Below are positions 1-9,475 of a DNA stretch of 64,000 nt, piece by piece. Below the pieces are notes generated by a model that was not told the origin of the DNA, searched no databases, and worked only from the letters and a program-made list of their open reading frames with translations. This DNA comes from a virus. Numbering within the stretch: position 1 is the stretch's first letter; every line of letters starts with the position of its first letter. The position numbers and the translations under genes were made by a program. Location of the stretch: IMG/VR virus record IMGVR_UViG_3300017731_002846, positions 1 through 64,000 of that record. The stretch is one strand, 5' to 3'.

Positions 1-52
1 CATTGATAACCAATGCCTTTGTTGGTTTGAAAATATCTTATGCTTGTTACTT

Positions 53-280
53 TCATGCTATTTCCAATCTATAATAACCATTTTCAATTAATTCATCATC
101 CGTTAAAGAATCAAGACCATTATAATCTTCATAGACTTCACGAATATATGAAAGTGGTTTGCCAACATAAAAAGTAAGACTATAATCTTCTTCTTTGTGC
201 AAACCATTTGATCTGTCTACCTCAAGGATATAATCTAACATTTTTTGTGGTTCAATATTCCATGTTTTTTGTGCTTTCAT
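53..280 (-). CDS. hypothetical phage protein
   Basis: ORF track; ATGA overlap with neighbours. Confidence 0.7.
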   Translation of the reverse strand: MKAQKTWNIEPQKMLDYILEVDRSNGLHKEEDYSLTFYVGKPLSYIREVYEDYNGLDSLTDDELIENGYYRLEIA

Positions 281-480
281 TTTATATATTCTCTTTCTCT
301 TAAATATTCTTCAAACTCTACGCGGAAATGATTAAGCCAATTAGGGCAATCTTCAGCAATTTCTGCGACAATCTCCCAAGGATCACCTGTAAAATTGTCG
401 ATGTCAACATCATAATAGAATTTAATTTGTTCTACTAATGGCATATCTTTTATATATTGTTCGTATGTTGGTAATTTCAT
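277..480 (-). CDS. hypothetical phage protein (probably leaderless)
   Basis: TTGACA-17-TAGTTT ends 6 nt before the ATG. Confidence 0.75.
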   Translation of the reverse strand: MKLPTYEQYIKDMPLVEQIKFYYDVDIDNFTGDPWEIVAEIAEDCPNWLNHFRVEFEEYLREREYIK

Positions 481-486
481 TTTTTT

Positions 487-515
487 AAACTAGGCTAATT
501 TGCATGATATGTCAA
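487..515 (-). promoter_or_regulatory. sigma70-type promoter
   Basis: TTGACA(515-510), 17 nt spacer, TAGTTT. Confidence 0.7.
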
Positions 516-590
516 GCATTTTGATGTGTTTTGGGTAAAAAGTTTGTATTTAAGTGTGAAAACTATTATTCTGCATCTTTTATCATGCAA

Positions 591-824
591 TTATTGTAAT
601 CTGCCCCCTGCATCTAATACATTGCGAAGGCAACTAGATTGACCTGCTCGTGCAGTAACTTTCTTGGCATGGGCGAATGCACTAGGATCATTAAATGTTT
701 GCATGACCATAGTCGATTTGTCAAGATAAACGTTAAGACCCTTCTTGGGGATCGAGTTGGCAACCTTGGTTGCATTGGTGATTGATTTTTGTATATCTGC
801 TAAGAATGCTTGTGCGGTATCCAT
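591..824 (-). CDS. hypothetical protein (start revised to MDTAQ)
   Basis: The ORF-track start overlaps a TTGACA-17-TATTGT promoter at 859-887. Confidence 0.65.
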   Translation of the reverse strand: MDTAQAFLADIQKSITNATKVANSIPKKGLNVYLDKSTMVMQTFNDPSAFAHAKKVTARAGQSSCLRNVLDAGGRLQ

Positions 825-889
825 AATTTTTCTTTTGTTAGTGTGATTAATAAGAAAGACAATAAATGAAGTGATTGGTATTGTCAATA

Positions 890-1147
890 CTATTTTACAT
901 ATTTTTTAATTTCACCATTTTTTAAACTCAATTCACTTTCTATATTTTCCGCCATATTTTGACCGACAGATATTTCGTGATCTTTAGACAGGGTATTTAA
1001 TAATTGAGCTAAATTTTTACCTGTTTTAATTCTATAATCTTGTCCTGCAAGAAATAAATTTTCAGTAGTCATCAAAGTAAGATCATCTATCTTAATTAAA
1101 ATGTAATTTACTGAATCTGTGCTACCTCGTACTCCTAGTTTTATCAT
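890..1147 (-). CDS. hypothetical protein
   Basis: ORF track. Confidence 0.65.
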   Translation of the reverse strand: MIKLGVRGSTDSVNYILIKIDDLTLMTTENLFLAGQDYRIKTGKNLAQLLNTLSKDHEISVGQNMAENIESELSLKNGEIKKYVK

Positions 1148-1149
1148 AA

Positions 1150-1295
1150 TTTATTTTAAATATTTGCATGGAGAGTATCCATGACTAACTCCGATATAGT
1201 AGTAATCGAATTACTTGCTAGTCTTTTTTAGTTGATCAGACAGGGTAGTTCCGTAGGAATAGGATCAGAAAGAGGTGAACCCACGATTAAAATCA
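1150..1295 (-). ncRNA. candidate structured leader or small RNA
   Basis: Gap without a convincing ORF, downstream of TTGACA-17-TATAGT, with three hairpins. Confidence 0.3.
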
Positions 1296-1724
1296 ATACC
1301 AACAACTATAATAAACGCGCCACTTATTGTCAAGCTTTTTTCTTGCTTCTTCAACGAACATCAAGTCATTCTTTTTGTACCAATATTCGTTTTCGGGATA
1401 TGGTTCATCATTTTCATCATGCCAAAAATAAGAATCACTACCCCAAAAGAATCCATTTGCTTCGGGGAATTCAAAATTATTGATGGCATATTCAAGTTCA
1501 TCTATATCAGTAGAAGTTAATGGCAATTCAACACAATTAAATGCACTCCCCATTGATTCATCTTCATTGAAATCTTCGGGGTAGTTTGGGCAACCCTTGT
1601 TTTCCCAAAGAGATTGCATCCAACCTTGCAAGCGATTGTGTTTACGCCATTCCATTATTTGAATATCGTCCTCACTATTCCTCTTGCGAGGTGGACGAGC
1701 ATAACCATATTGATCTAATCCCAT
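1293..1724 (-). CDS. conserved phage hypothetical protein (MGLDQY...WRKHN type)
   Basis: Motifs MGLDQY, WRKHNRLQGW, FNCVEL, FFWG, YxCW. Confidence 0.8.
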   Translation of the reverse strand: MGLDQYGYARPPRKRNSEDDIQIMEWRKHNRLQGWMQSLWENKGCPNYPEDFNEDESMGSAFNCVELPLTSTDIDELEYAINNFEFPEANGFFWGSDSYFWHDENDEPYPENEYWYKKNDLMFVEEARKKLDNKWRVYYSCWY

Positions 1725-1736
1725 AATAATTTTCTC

Positions 1737-1940
1737 CTATTTGTATCCTAATTGTTTTAAATTATATGCCATTTGCCCCATTTGTTTAGAAACTTTAAAA
1801 TTAATCTTAGTTTTTTCTTCTTCAATTAATTTATCAAAGTTTTTATATTGCTCTTTAGTCCATTCATTAAAGGCATCTTGCACTACTTTAGGCATTAAGT
1901 CTTTAGGCACTCTATCCATTCTGTTCCATATATAAGTCAT
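1737..1940 (-). CDS. hypothetical protein
   Basis: ORF track; upstream TTGACA-17-TAAAGT. Confidence 0.7.
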   Translation of the reverse strand: MTYIWNRMDRVPKDLMPKVVQDAFNEWTKEQYKNFDKLIEEEKTKINFKVSKQMGQMAYNLKQLGYK

Positions 1941-1952
1941 AATGATTTTACT

Positions 1953-2462
1953 TTAGTGTGTTGATGTTAATTTGTCAAGAACTTTTTTACCATTTCTATA
2001 AATAACAATATTCTTTTTCTCTACGAATAAATTCTGACGACATTTTGGGCAACTATATGTTCTATTATTTCTAATGCGATGTTTTTTGTAAGTAATACCG
2101 CAACAACAAGTATCAACATACTTATAATGATTTTGAGGTTTATTTAAATGTTCTTTACTGCAAGCCTTTGGTACTGCACCAATTTCTCTGCAAACTTTTT
2201 TCCATAGTCTGCCATGACCTGTACCTTTTGAACCATAACGAATATAAGATAAAGCATGAGCAATCTCATGTAAAATAGTATCACGAACAGATATTAAATC
2301 ATTTAATTCAACATACCATTTAGATAACCTAATCTCTTTGTCCCTAAAACTACAAGTGCCTAATGCACCTTTTTTGTTTTGCCAACGAAAAAACCATTCA
2401 TTGGGCAAATCATGCTTTGCCATATACTTGTAAACTAAACTTTCTGCCTCTCTTGTATTCAT
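1953..2462 (-). CDS. SprT-like zinc metalloprotease
   Basis: HEIAH zincin motif, HGRLWK, C-terminal CxxC; start revised to MNTRE from promoter position. Confidence 0.9.
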   Translation of the reverse strand: MNTREAESLVYKYMAKHDLPNEWFFRWQNKKGALGTCSFRDKEIRLSKWYVELNDLISVRDTILHEIAHALSYIRYGSKGTGHGRLWKKVCREIGAVPKACSKEHLNKPQNHYKYVDTCCCGITYKKHRIRNNRTYSCPKCRQNLFVEKKNIVIYRNGKKVLDKLTSTH

Positions 2463-2484
2463 AAGAACCACAATAGAGTAAGAA

Positions 2485-2910
2485 TTAAGTTATGTCAAAC
2501 TTTTTTTTTAAATTGTTTAAATTAAGGTCGGGGTGATGCAATTCATGGTGGCAATTATGACAAAGTAAATCGCATTTACCTAGTTCCTCTATAACTTTGT
2601 ACCAATGTTTTTGTGCAATATTATTTAAGTCTAAATTAAATGATTTTATTTTTGGATCAATATGATGAAATGTTAATACCGCCATATTTTTATCATAACC
2701 ACAAACTTTACAAGCATTATTTTTTAATTGAATTAATTTTAATTTACGTTTAATTCCTCTTTTTCTTTGTCTTTCATACGCACTTTCTTTGGTATGCCAA
2801 TTTCTATCTTTGCATTTACGAGAACAAAATTTTCTTTGTAAATTAATTAATTTCTTACCACAATTTAAACAATTATCATATTTAGGGATTGTATCACCCT
2901 TTTTAGTCAT
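2485..2910 (-). CDS. HNH endonuclease with N-terminal zinc ribbon
   Basis: CKVCGY...FHHIDP...KCDLLCHNCHHELH. Confidence 0.85.
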   Translation of the reverse strand: MTKKGDTIPKYDNCLNCGKKLINLQRKFCSRKCKDRNWHTKESAYERQRKRGIKRKLKLIQLKNNACKVCGYDKNMAVLTFHHIDPKIKSFNLDLNNIAQKHWYKVIEELGKCDLLCHNCHHELHHPDLNLNNLKKKFDIT

Positions 2911-3007
2911 TATCGCTAAACAATAAAATACAAAAGAAAAGAATTGTCAAACCTATCCCTGTAAATACTGAAATTAATTGTAATACTTCTGTTATACTTG
3001 TACTCAT
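2903..3007 (-). CDS. 34-aa single-TM peptide (not in ORF track)
   Basis: Manual translation MSTSITEVLQLISVFTGIGLTILFFCILLFSDND; overlaps both neighbours. Confidence 0.5.
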   Translation of the reverse strand: MSTSITEVLQLISVFTGIGLTILFFCILLFSDND

Positions 3008-3642
3008 ACTAGTTCGGGAATAGATTCCTTTTCAATCATTTCAACCATACCATAATCGTTGACTATGATCTCTTTGTTTTTAAATGGCACAACGCGATCC
3101 ATCAAGAAAGATTTGACTGCATTAGCTATTTGTAAAATTTCTGAGAATAATTCAAAAGACATGGCATTATCTTCACCTTGCCCACCATAAGCAATTCCGT
3201 AACCCTCTTCTAGTGGAGCAGTATTTGGATCGTAATCTCTTACATAATTCCCTTGAGTATCTTTTTTCCATTGCCAATGAGCATGGTTGGATCGAATATA
3301 CATAAGTATATCCATGCGAGTTAATTTGTGACCAACACTATTAGTCTTGGGTCGATAATCTAAAAAATCAATATTAGCATTAGGGAAAGGAGTGTTAAGG
3401 TCTGTGAGTTGCACAAAAACACCAAGTAAACCATCATTTTTATAATAAGTGCTATGACCCATTTGGACAGGTTGACCCCCCGAATTTTTCGCTACTTCGT
3501 AGTTGCGTTTTTGCTTACTAGACCAAGACATAGTATTTTCTTCGGGCAATAATGCTTTAGTAATCTTATTTCTTTTAAAGATAATGTCTTTTGGGCTAAA
3601 GTTGCTCCAATTTACGTGACTTGTTTCAAAATAATTTTTCAT
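3004..3642 (-). CDS. hypothetical protein
   Basis: 212-aa ORF; AAGGA upstream. Confidence 0.8.
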   Translation of the reverse strand: MKNYFETSHVNWSNFSPKDIIFKRNKITKALLPEENTMSWSSKQKRNYEVAKNSGGQPVQMGHSTYYKNDGLLGVFVQLTDLNTPFPNANIDFLDYRPKTNSVGHKLTRMDILMYIRSNHAHWQWKKDTQGNYVRDYDPNTAPLEEGYGIAYGGQGEDNAMSFELFSEILQIANAVKSFLMDRVVPFKNKEIIVNDYGMVEMIEKESIPELV

Positions 3643-3670
3643 GTGATTGTTTTCCTTGTTTAATATTAAT

Positions 3671-3862
3671 TTATACTTCTACATTAACAGATTCTTCTGC
3701 ATTGTCAACAGAAAAGTTAGAAAATTGATGACCATACTCATCATAGAATGATTGCATAAGCTCGATTGCACCCAAAATCTTATCTTGAATACTACCACTC
3801 TCGCCAAGAGCAGATATTTCTGCTTCATTACATACAATGTTAAATGCTTCTTCTAAGTCCAT
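3671..3862 (-). CDS. hypothetical protein (start MDLEE)
   Basis: ORF track, start revised to avoid overlap. Confidence 0.65.
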   Translation of the reverse strand: MDLEEAFNIVCNEAEISALGESGSIQDKILGAIELMQSFYDEYGHQFSNFSVDNAEESVNVEV

Positions 3863-3866
3863 AATT

Positions 3867-4061
3867 TTATTCTCCAAAAAGTTGATTCCATTCATCTTTA
3901 ATTTCAATGGCAGGAATTTCATCCAAACCTTGAACGCCATTTAATAATAACTCTATTATTTGACCCACGTTCATATTCATTGCTTCTGCTTCAGCAAGAT
4001 CATAACGCATATCATCAATAGATGGTTCATTTTCTCTACATTGTCTTTCTGTTGTTCTCAT
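3867..4061 (-). CDS. hypothetical protein
   Basis: ORF track. Confidence 0.7.
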   Translation of the reverse strand: MRTTERQCRENEPSIDDMRYDLAEAEAMNMNVGQIIELLLNGVQGLDEIPAIEIKDEWNQLFGE

Positions 4062-4066
4062 AATTT

Positions 4067-4267
4067 TTATTCTGCTTCAGTTGTTCCAATAACCAACAAC
4101 TTAACATCTTCACCATCTCCTGTCAAGTTGAAAGTTTCACAAATTTCACCAAAAATTTTACCATCTTCGGGACGAATGCTAATCCAAGTGCAGTTGCCAC
4201 TATCGTTGTCCACTACATCCCAATCGTTTTCTTTTAATAATTCTTTTTGCTCTTCAGTTAATTTCAT
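4067..4267 (-). CDS. hypothetical protein
   Basis: ORF track. Confidence 0.7.
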   Translation of the reverse strand: MKLTEEQKELLKENDWDVVDNDSGNCTWISIRPEDGKIFGEICETFNLTGDGEDVKLLVIGTTEAE

Positions 4268-4487
4268 TATCTAACTTTCTATATAATTGATCTAATTTTT
4301 CGTACAAATTATCTATGTGATTTTTAATACTAGCAATATATTTAACCTCATTTGGTTCTCTTGTCAAGAGAAATTCATATTCTCCTTCTAAATCTTTAAT
4401 GTGTTTACGAGTATCTTTTATTTGAGCTTTCATTTCTTCTTCTTCAATTAAGTATTTAAACTTTAAATTTTTCCCACTTATTTCCAT
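4254..4487 (-). CDS. hypothetical coiled-coil protein
   Basis: ORF track. Confidence 0.65.
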   Translation of the reverse strand: MEISGKNLKFKYLIEEEEMKAQIKDTRKHIKDLEGEYEFLLTREPNEVKYIASIKNHIDNLYEKLDQLYRKLDNEIN

Positions 4488-4711
4488 TAGTCGTGTTTGT
4501 TATGCAAATTATTCCAATTAACTTCGTCTGCTTTTATTTTCCATGCGATTTCTCCATTTGTGGGGTCGCAATATTCAATACTAAAATCGGAGTCAAGTAA
4601 AATTTCATCATTATCCATTTCTCTCACAATTAATTCTGCTTCTTCTCGATCTTCTGCCTCGACATAAAAACAATTAATTATTTTAACTCCTACCGCGTAT
4701 TCTTTTTTCAT
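4487..4711 (-). CDS. small DpnD/PcfM-like protein
   Basis: FYVEAEDREEAELIV motif. Confidence 0.6.
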   Translation of the reverse strand: MKKEYAVGVKIINCFYVEAEDREEAELIVREMDNDEILLDSDFSIEYCDPTNGEIAWKIKADEVNWNNLHNKHD

Positions 4712-5118
4712 AAATCTTTATTTAAGTTGTCAAGTCGTGCATCTTCCATAACTTCACTACCCCATTCAAGTGGTGAGTCATCAGTTAAGTCGCAAGCAAT
4801 TTGTATGTTGGTCACATTGTGCCATGCTTGGTCTGCATAAACACTTCCATCAGCATTAAGACTTGGTTGCTTAAACCATTTGCGAGATTTTTTATAAGAA
4901 GCAATATGCCTTTCAATTATCTCTATATCATCAGCAATGCAAGCAAGTCGATGACGAAGCTCAAAGTTTTCTTTCATCAATCTCTCCAAGTTGTCTTTGT
5001 GAATTGTATTTTCAACTTCTTTTAAATAAGTATAAGCATCCTCTTGTTGCTTTTCCGCAAGAGTGGCATTTACTGAATCTTCGTAAGTTGGGTAATCATC
5101 TCCTATTATTTCTTTCAT
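4708..5118 (-). CDS. hypothetical protein (probably leaderless)
   Basis: TTGACA(5153-5148)-17-TAGGGT, 6 nt before ATG. Confidence 0.75.
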   Translation of the reverse strand: MKEIIGDDYPTYEDSVNATLAEKQQEDAYTYLKEVENTIHKDNLERLMKENFELRHRLACIADDIEIIERHIASYKKSRKWFKQPSLNADGSVYADQAWHNVTNIQIACDLTDDSPLEWGSEVMEDARLDNLNKDL

Positions 5119-5162
5119 TCTATAACCCTATATGAATAATTTATTCTTGTCAACTATTTTTT

Positions 5163-5363
5163 TTACATTTCGTAAGTTTGCTCTAAATCTGCTTGAGCGT
5201 AATCTTCGCTTGTCATTTCGCATTGCTCGCCAAAAATACTTAGTCCACCTTCTTCGACTAATATTTCGCGTGCCTCTTCTTCTGTTTCTGCTTGTATTTC
5301 ATAAACGAAAGCAGTTGGCACAGAGAATACAAAGTATTTATCCTTCTTCTTTTTCGAGTTCAT
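5163..5363 (-). CDS. small DpnD/PcfM-like protein
   Basis: YEIQAETEEEAREIL motif. Confidence 0.6.
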   Translation of the reverse strand: MNSKKKKDKYFVFSVPTAFVYEIQAETEEEAREILVEEGGLSIFGEQCEMTSEDYAQADLEQTYEM

Positions 5364-5637
5364 CTAATTTTTCCTTTATTGCGTTTTGACATAGTTCATT
5401 GAATGTTACATTTCGCTCATGAGCAAACTTCATATACTTTAATAAATCTTCGTCATTAATGTCAAGCGAAATAGATTCATATTTAACTTTTGTCAATAAG
5501 AATCCACCGCATTCTTGTTCGGTAAATTTTATTTGATCGCCTTCTGTCCAATCTAACCTTTCAAGTATATCATCGGGGATAGTAAAAAATAATTCACCAT
5601 GAGAGGTTTCTTTAATTTCTAGTTGTGTAGCTTTCAT
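5338..5637 (-). CDS. AbrB/MazE-like DNA-binding protein with a C-terminal ribbon-helix-helix-like region
   Basis: FTIPDDILERLDWTEGDQIKF fits the AbrB pattern; C-terminal AHERNVTFNELC. Confidence 0.65.
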   Translation of the reverse strand: MKATQLEIKETSHGELFFTIPDDILERLDWTEGDQIKFTEQECGGFLLTKVKYESISLDINDEDLLKYMKFAHERNVTFNELCQNAIKEKLDELEKEEG

Positions 5638-5644
5638 AATATTT

Positions 5645-5992
5645 TTAATAAATTAAATTGTTATTCTGCGCGAAATTTTTGGCAATAGAAACAAAGCTAC
5701 CTTCAGTTTTATCACACTCGTAATTGTTTGCATCTTGATACCAAGAATCATAAACACTAATATAGAATCGAAAATCACCTTCGTTAGCAACAGACTCTTG
5801 CAACCAACTTGGCAAACTTGTGTCTCCATGCTCTATGAGTTCCACACTATGATCTCTCCCACGCCATTTCATGTGAGATGTGACTTTTTTACTAGCAAAA
5901 ACTAAACCTTTAAACTCTTCAAGTAATTGTTGATTACTTTTTATAGTTTGTTTAGTTCTTTCAAAACTTACTGACTTTCCTTCTCCACTCAT
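5645..5992 (-). CDS. hypothetical protein
   Basis: ORF track; upstream TTGACA-17-CATAAT. Confidence 0.65.
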   Translation of the reverse strand: MSGEGKSVSFERTKQTIKSNQQLLEEFKGLVFASKKVTSHMKWRGRDHSVELIEHGDTSLPSWLQESVANEGDFRFYISVYDSWYQDANNYECDKTEGSFVSIAKNFAQNNNLIY

Positions 5993-6108
5993 TCTTTTTC
6001 GCAATTAATACAACCATTATGATGGTATGGGCAAACTTTGTCAACACAATTATCTTGTGAACAACTCGACATAAAAATTAATGTAATTAAATATAATTTG
6101 TTCATAAA

Positions 6109-6345
6109 CTATTCTCCTCTAATATATGCTCCAAATTCATCATCACTCATGCTAGATGTTCCACCAAGAGGTTCGCAGGAAGAAACTTCCGCATTTTCTT
6201 TCCATGCTTTACTGATCTCCCAATCAGCATCCATTTGAGAAAAAGCAATGTCTTGAGCTTTGGCAGGTGAATCAGCTTCAACTTCAAAAGTGCGATAAGT
6301 TGTGCTTGCCAATTCTACTTCAAATAATTTTTTTTCTTTTTTCAT
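6109..6345 (-). CDS. small DpnD/PcfM-like protein
   Basis: FEVEADSPAKAQDIA motif; start revised to MKKEK. Confidence 0.6.
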   Translation of the reverse strand: MKKEKKLFEVELASTTYRTFEVEADSPAKAQDIAFSQMDADWEISKAWKENAEVSSCEPLGGTSSMSDDEFGAYIRGE

Positions 6346-6349
6346 TGTG

Positions 6350-6607
6350 TTATTCCTCATACATATAGATTGGAGTGTATTCGCCAACATGAGCGCACTC
6401 AATATTAAAACCAAAATACTCTCGCGCTTCGTCATAGTCCATGCCATCACGATTCACAAGAGTATCAAGGATACTATTGACAGAATAAATAACTCTACCC
6501 TTAGTATCGTAACCAAGGATAGAGTTATCAAACCCATCTGCAAGTTTTGCTTCGGGATTAAATTCTGTAATACTTTCTAATAATTCTGATCTAGTTGTGT
6601 CTTTCAT
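6350..6607 (-). CDS. conserved phage hypothetical protein (DGFD..ILG..RVIY type)
   Basis: Motif shared with the next ORF; leaderless-type promoter. Confidence 0.8.
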   Translation of the reverse strand: MKDTTRSELLESITEFNPEAKLADGFDNSILGYDTKGRVIYSVNSILDTLVNRDGMDYDEAREYFGFNIECAHVGEYTPIYMYEE

Positions 6608-6645
6608 AGTAATCACGATAGACTACCCGAATAAACTTGTCAATA

Positions 6646-6987
6646 TTAAAATTCTGTTTTTTGAAAAATAGGGTCTTTGTTTCCTACATAAACTTCAATA
6701 AAGTCTTTATCAAACACTTCCAACGCATCCAAAAGGTTTAAGCCTTTATCTTCCATAAGAAGATCTATAATAACTGAAGAATCGTAAATAACTCTACCAT
6801 CAGCAGTTAGACCCAAAATAGCATTTTCAAAACCATCAATAAAAACAGCGTTGGGTGCATGATCAATAAAACTTTCTATCATTGTAGCTTTGGTTTTGCG
6901 AGCTTTCCAAAGTGCTTGCTGATATTTGCACTCTTTTTTCCATTCCTCTAAACTGCTAGAAGTTATAGGATATTCTAATTTTTTCAT
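6646..6987 (-). CDS. paralogue of 6350-6607
   Basis: IDGFENAILGLTADGRVIY. Confidence 0.8.
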   Translation of the reverse strand: MKKLEYPITSSSLEEWKKECKYQQALWKARKTKATMIESFIDHAPNAVFIDGFENAILGLTADGRVIYDSSVIIDLLMEDKGLNLLDALEVFDKDFIEVYVGNKDPIFQKTEF

Positions 6988-6989
6988 AA

Positions 6990-7175
6990 TTAACTGTAGA
7001 TTTCGTTGTTTTGCGACTCTTGTTGGTTCAATAGATTATCCATTAAGTCAATAATCCCCCAAGCAACTTCTTCATCAATAGCTTGTGGTGGACATTTGGA
7101 ATCATGCCACACATGAGAGAGCAAATGCTCGCGTTGTTGTCTAATTGTATCAAAATCAATATTTAATTTATTCAT
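6990..7175 (-). CDS. hypothetical protein
   Basis: ORF track. Confidence 0.65.
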   Translation of the reverse strand: MNKLNIDFDTIRQQREHLLSHVWHDSKCPPQAIDEEVAWGIIDLMDNLLNQQESQNNEIYS

Positions 7176-7190
7176 ATTTTATTTTATTTA

Positions 7191-7451
7191 TTAAGAGTAA
7201 TTTTCAATAACCCATTGGATATGGTTTTTTAATTCGTAACCAAATCTAAATTGATTGTCTTGCTCTGCCCAAAAAGCTAATTGATCCATTAATGCAGACA
7301 TTTTTTCGTTTACTTCGTTCAAATCCTTTTCGGTAAAAGAATCGTTTTCCAATATATCTTCATGTAACATTTTGTTGCAATTAACTAGGTTTAATATGTA
7401 TTCGTTCATCTCCATATTAACCCCCACAAACTGCTTGCTCAACAACTTCAA
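7191..7451 (-). CDS. hypothetical protein (start uncertain)
   Basis: ORF track. Confidence 0.6.
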   Translation of the reverse strand: MKLLSKQFVGVNMEMNEYILNLVNCNKMLHEDILENDSFTEKDLNEVNEKMSALMDQLAFWAEQDNQFRFGYELKNHIQWVIENYS

Positions 7452-7608
7452 CTAATTTTGCTTGAAATAAAGGATCGAGCCTTTGAGAGATTTTTTGAGC
7501 AATCATTTCTCGCGCGCTTTCTGATTGAAGGTTGATTTGACAAGTCCCTGTATTGCCACAAGCGACTTGCGACAAAACATCCAATATTATTTCTTTTGTA
7601 TTATTCAT
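7417..7608 (-). CDS. hypothetical protein (start MNNTK)
   Basis: TTGCTA-17-CATACT promoter 8 nt upstream. Confidence 0.65.
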   Translation of the reverse strand: MNNTKEIILDVLSQVACGNTGTCQINLQSESAREMIAQKISQRLDPLFQAKLVEVVEQAVCGG

Positions 7609-7688
7609 TCCCTGTAAGTATGTACCATGTTTGTAAAGATAGCAAGACAAAAAACGTCCCAACACCTAAAAATATTTCTTTAATCTGT

Positions 7689-8123
7689 TTAAATTTGTTT
7701 TTCATTTTCTGCTTGTTGTATTCTTTTTCTTAATTCTGTACTAGAGAAGTTGTGCGGACGTTTATTGTAATAAATTTCTATGCCTTTTGTCAAGCAAATA
7801 TCTTTGCCCGAAAATTCAGTATTTTTATAATCCGCGCCAATAATTCTAACATCGATAGGATAAGTCAACAAAATATCATGCAAATCTTTTTCAAGATTAT
7901 ATGGAATTACTTCGTTAACATATTGTACAGAAGATAATTGAATATAACGCTCAACAACACTTTGTATAGGTTTATTTTTATTTGGTCGCTCAACTTGTGG
8001 ATCAACATGAAGTCCACATATTAAATAATCGCAAACAGATTTAGCTTCAGCCAACATAGCAATATGTCCTGTATGAAGTAAATCAAATGTACTAAATGTA
8101 ATTCCTGTTTTCATTTTATTCAT
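7689..8123 (-). CDS. TagD-like cytidylyltransferase
   Basis: FDLLHTGH (HIGH motif), GADY, FSSTELR. Confidence 0.9.
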   Translation of the reverse strand: MNKMKTGITFSTFDLLHTGHIAMLAEAKSVCDYLICGLHVDPQVERPNKNKPIQSVVERYIQLSSVQYVNEVIPYNLEKDLHDILLTYPIDVRIIGADYKNTEFSGKDICLTKGIEIYYNKRPHNFSSTELRKRIQQAENEKQI

Positions 8124-8834
8124 TTATTTGTAAATACTTTCTTTTCCTGTTCTTTTAGATGCTTTTAAAGCATACGATATAAATTGTGCTTCGGCAGTTG
8201 ATTTACTTACCTTTGAGTCTTGAGCATATGTATTATATAGTAATTCTTTAAACTTGTGTGGTATGATGAGATTTAAACCCGCACATTTGCGAAGAATAAG
8301 CATCGCATGACAATAAACTTCGTGACTTATATGACCCATTTTTTTATGACCTAAAACCATTTGAATGTACTTCTCTGCAAACGCATCACGATGAGCAGTT
8401 GGTGCTGAATCGATTGCCTTATTTATGTGTTGCTTGTGTGATTTTTCACTTTTTTTTTTGGGCTTCTTGAGGTAATTTAATTTTCCACCTTTTACATCAA
8501 AATATAATTTGTCAGTATTTATGAAATTAGGCAAAATATTTTCAAACAACTCAAACCCTACGAAAACTTTCGATTTATTTTCATCCAAGACATAGTAGTA
8601 TTTGCAAGGTTTGCATTTGAAATAACTAATAGCAGTCAAGCTATACTCGTAATATCTACCATTTGGTAGATGTTCATATTTGTGACGAGCAATATCTCTA
8701 GAAAAAAATTGTAGTGGTTTTTTGTCTTTTCTTTTTAAACCTTTTTTGTGCAATAAAGAACTGCGATCACAAAAGTACCAACTACCATATTTATCACCAT
8801 TAAATTTTTGAGTTTTTGTTTTATAGATTTTCAA
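8124..8834 (-). CDS. hypothetical protein
   Basis: 236-aa ORF. Confidence 0.7.
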   Translation of the reverse strand: MKIYKTKTQKFNGDKYGSWYFCDRSSLLHKKGLKRKDKKPLQFFSRDIARHKYEHLPNGRYYEYSLTAISYFKCKPCKYYYVLDENKSKVFVGFELFENILPNFINTDKLYFDVKGGKLNYLKKPKKKSEKSHKQHINKAIDSAPTAHRDAFAEKYIQMVLGHKKMGHISHEVYCHAMLILRKCAGLNLIIPHKFKELLYNTYAQDSKVSKSTAEAQFISYALKASKRTGKESIYK

Positions 8835-9094
8835 AATTTTTTATTATTGTTCCAAAGGTTAAAGATAGATACGGATAAGCAAACTACAAGCACTATACCT
8901 GCAATCACTCCATCCCATCTTAACCCTAAATTAAATAAATATTCAATCATAACCCTTTTAAGAGTTTAGGGTCAACTTCATAACCATCTTTTTTGCCTTC
9001 TGTATCTTCATTATCATTAAATATAGATGGAAAATCCCAAAAGCCAACAAGAAAGTTTTCTTTATACAAGTCCCAAATGCTTTTACCTTCAGTA

Positions 9095-9460
9095 TCAAGA
9101 TTCATTATTAAATAATTTATCCCTAACTAATTTGAAGGCATACTCGTCTTGCATTCTGCAACCATCAATCATTTCATCTAATTGTTCTTTTAATATTTTA
9201 TGGCAATCTTTAATTCCTTGGTCGTACCCTGCATCATGGTCATCCATAATTGTTTTACTCATTTTACGAGCCAAACCTTCTTGAGCATCAGAGTAACCTT
9301 TTTGGTATCCTCTAGTAAAATATACATCTTGTGTTATTTCTTCATTCATTTCTTTTTGTTCCATGCAGTCTTTAAATGATCCACTATAAGAGACTTTTCC
9401 ATCTTTGTCAAGCAATTTATAAGTAGATGGTTTGGTTGAGTGATCCCATTTGCCGTTCAT
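9095..9460 (-). CDS. hypothetical protein
   Basis: ORF track; GYxxG repeats. Confidence 0.7.
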   Translation of the reverse strand: MNGKWDHSTKPSTYKLLDKDGKVSYSGSFKDCMEQKEMNEEITQDVYFTRGYQKGYSDAQEGLARKMSKTIMDDHDAGYDQGIKDCHKILKEQLDEMIDGCRMQDEYAFKLVRDKLFNNES

Positions 9461-9475
9461 CTCTTAAAATTAATC

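Noticed and set aside
1150-1295. Hammerhead ribozyme
   Set aside because: CTGATC rather than CUGAUGA, and no correctly placed GAAA core
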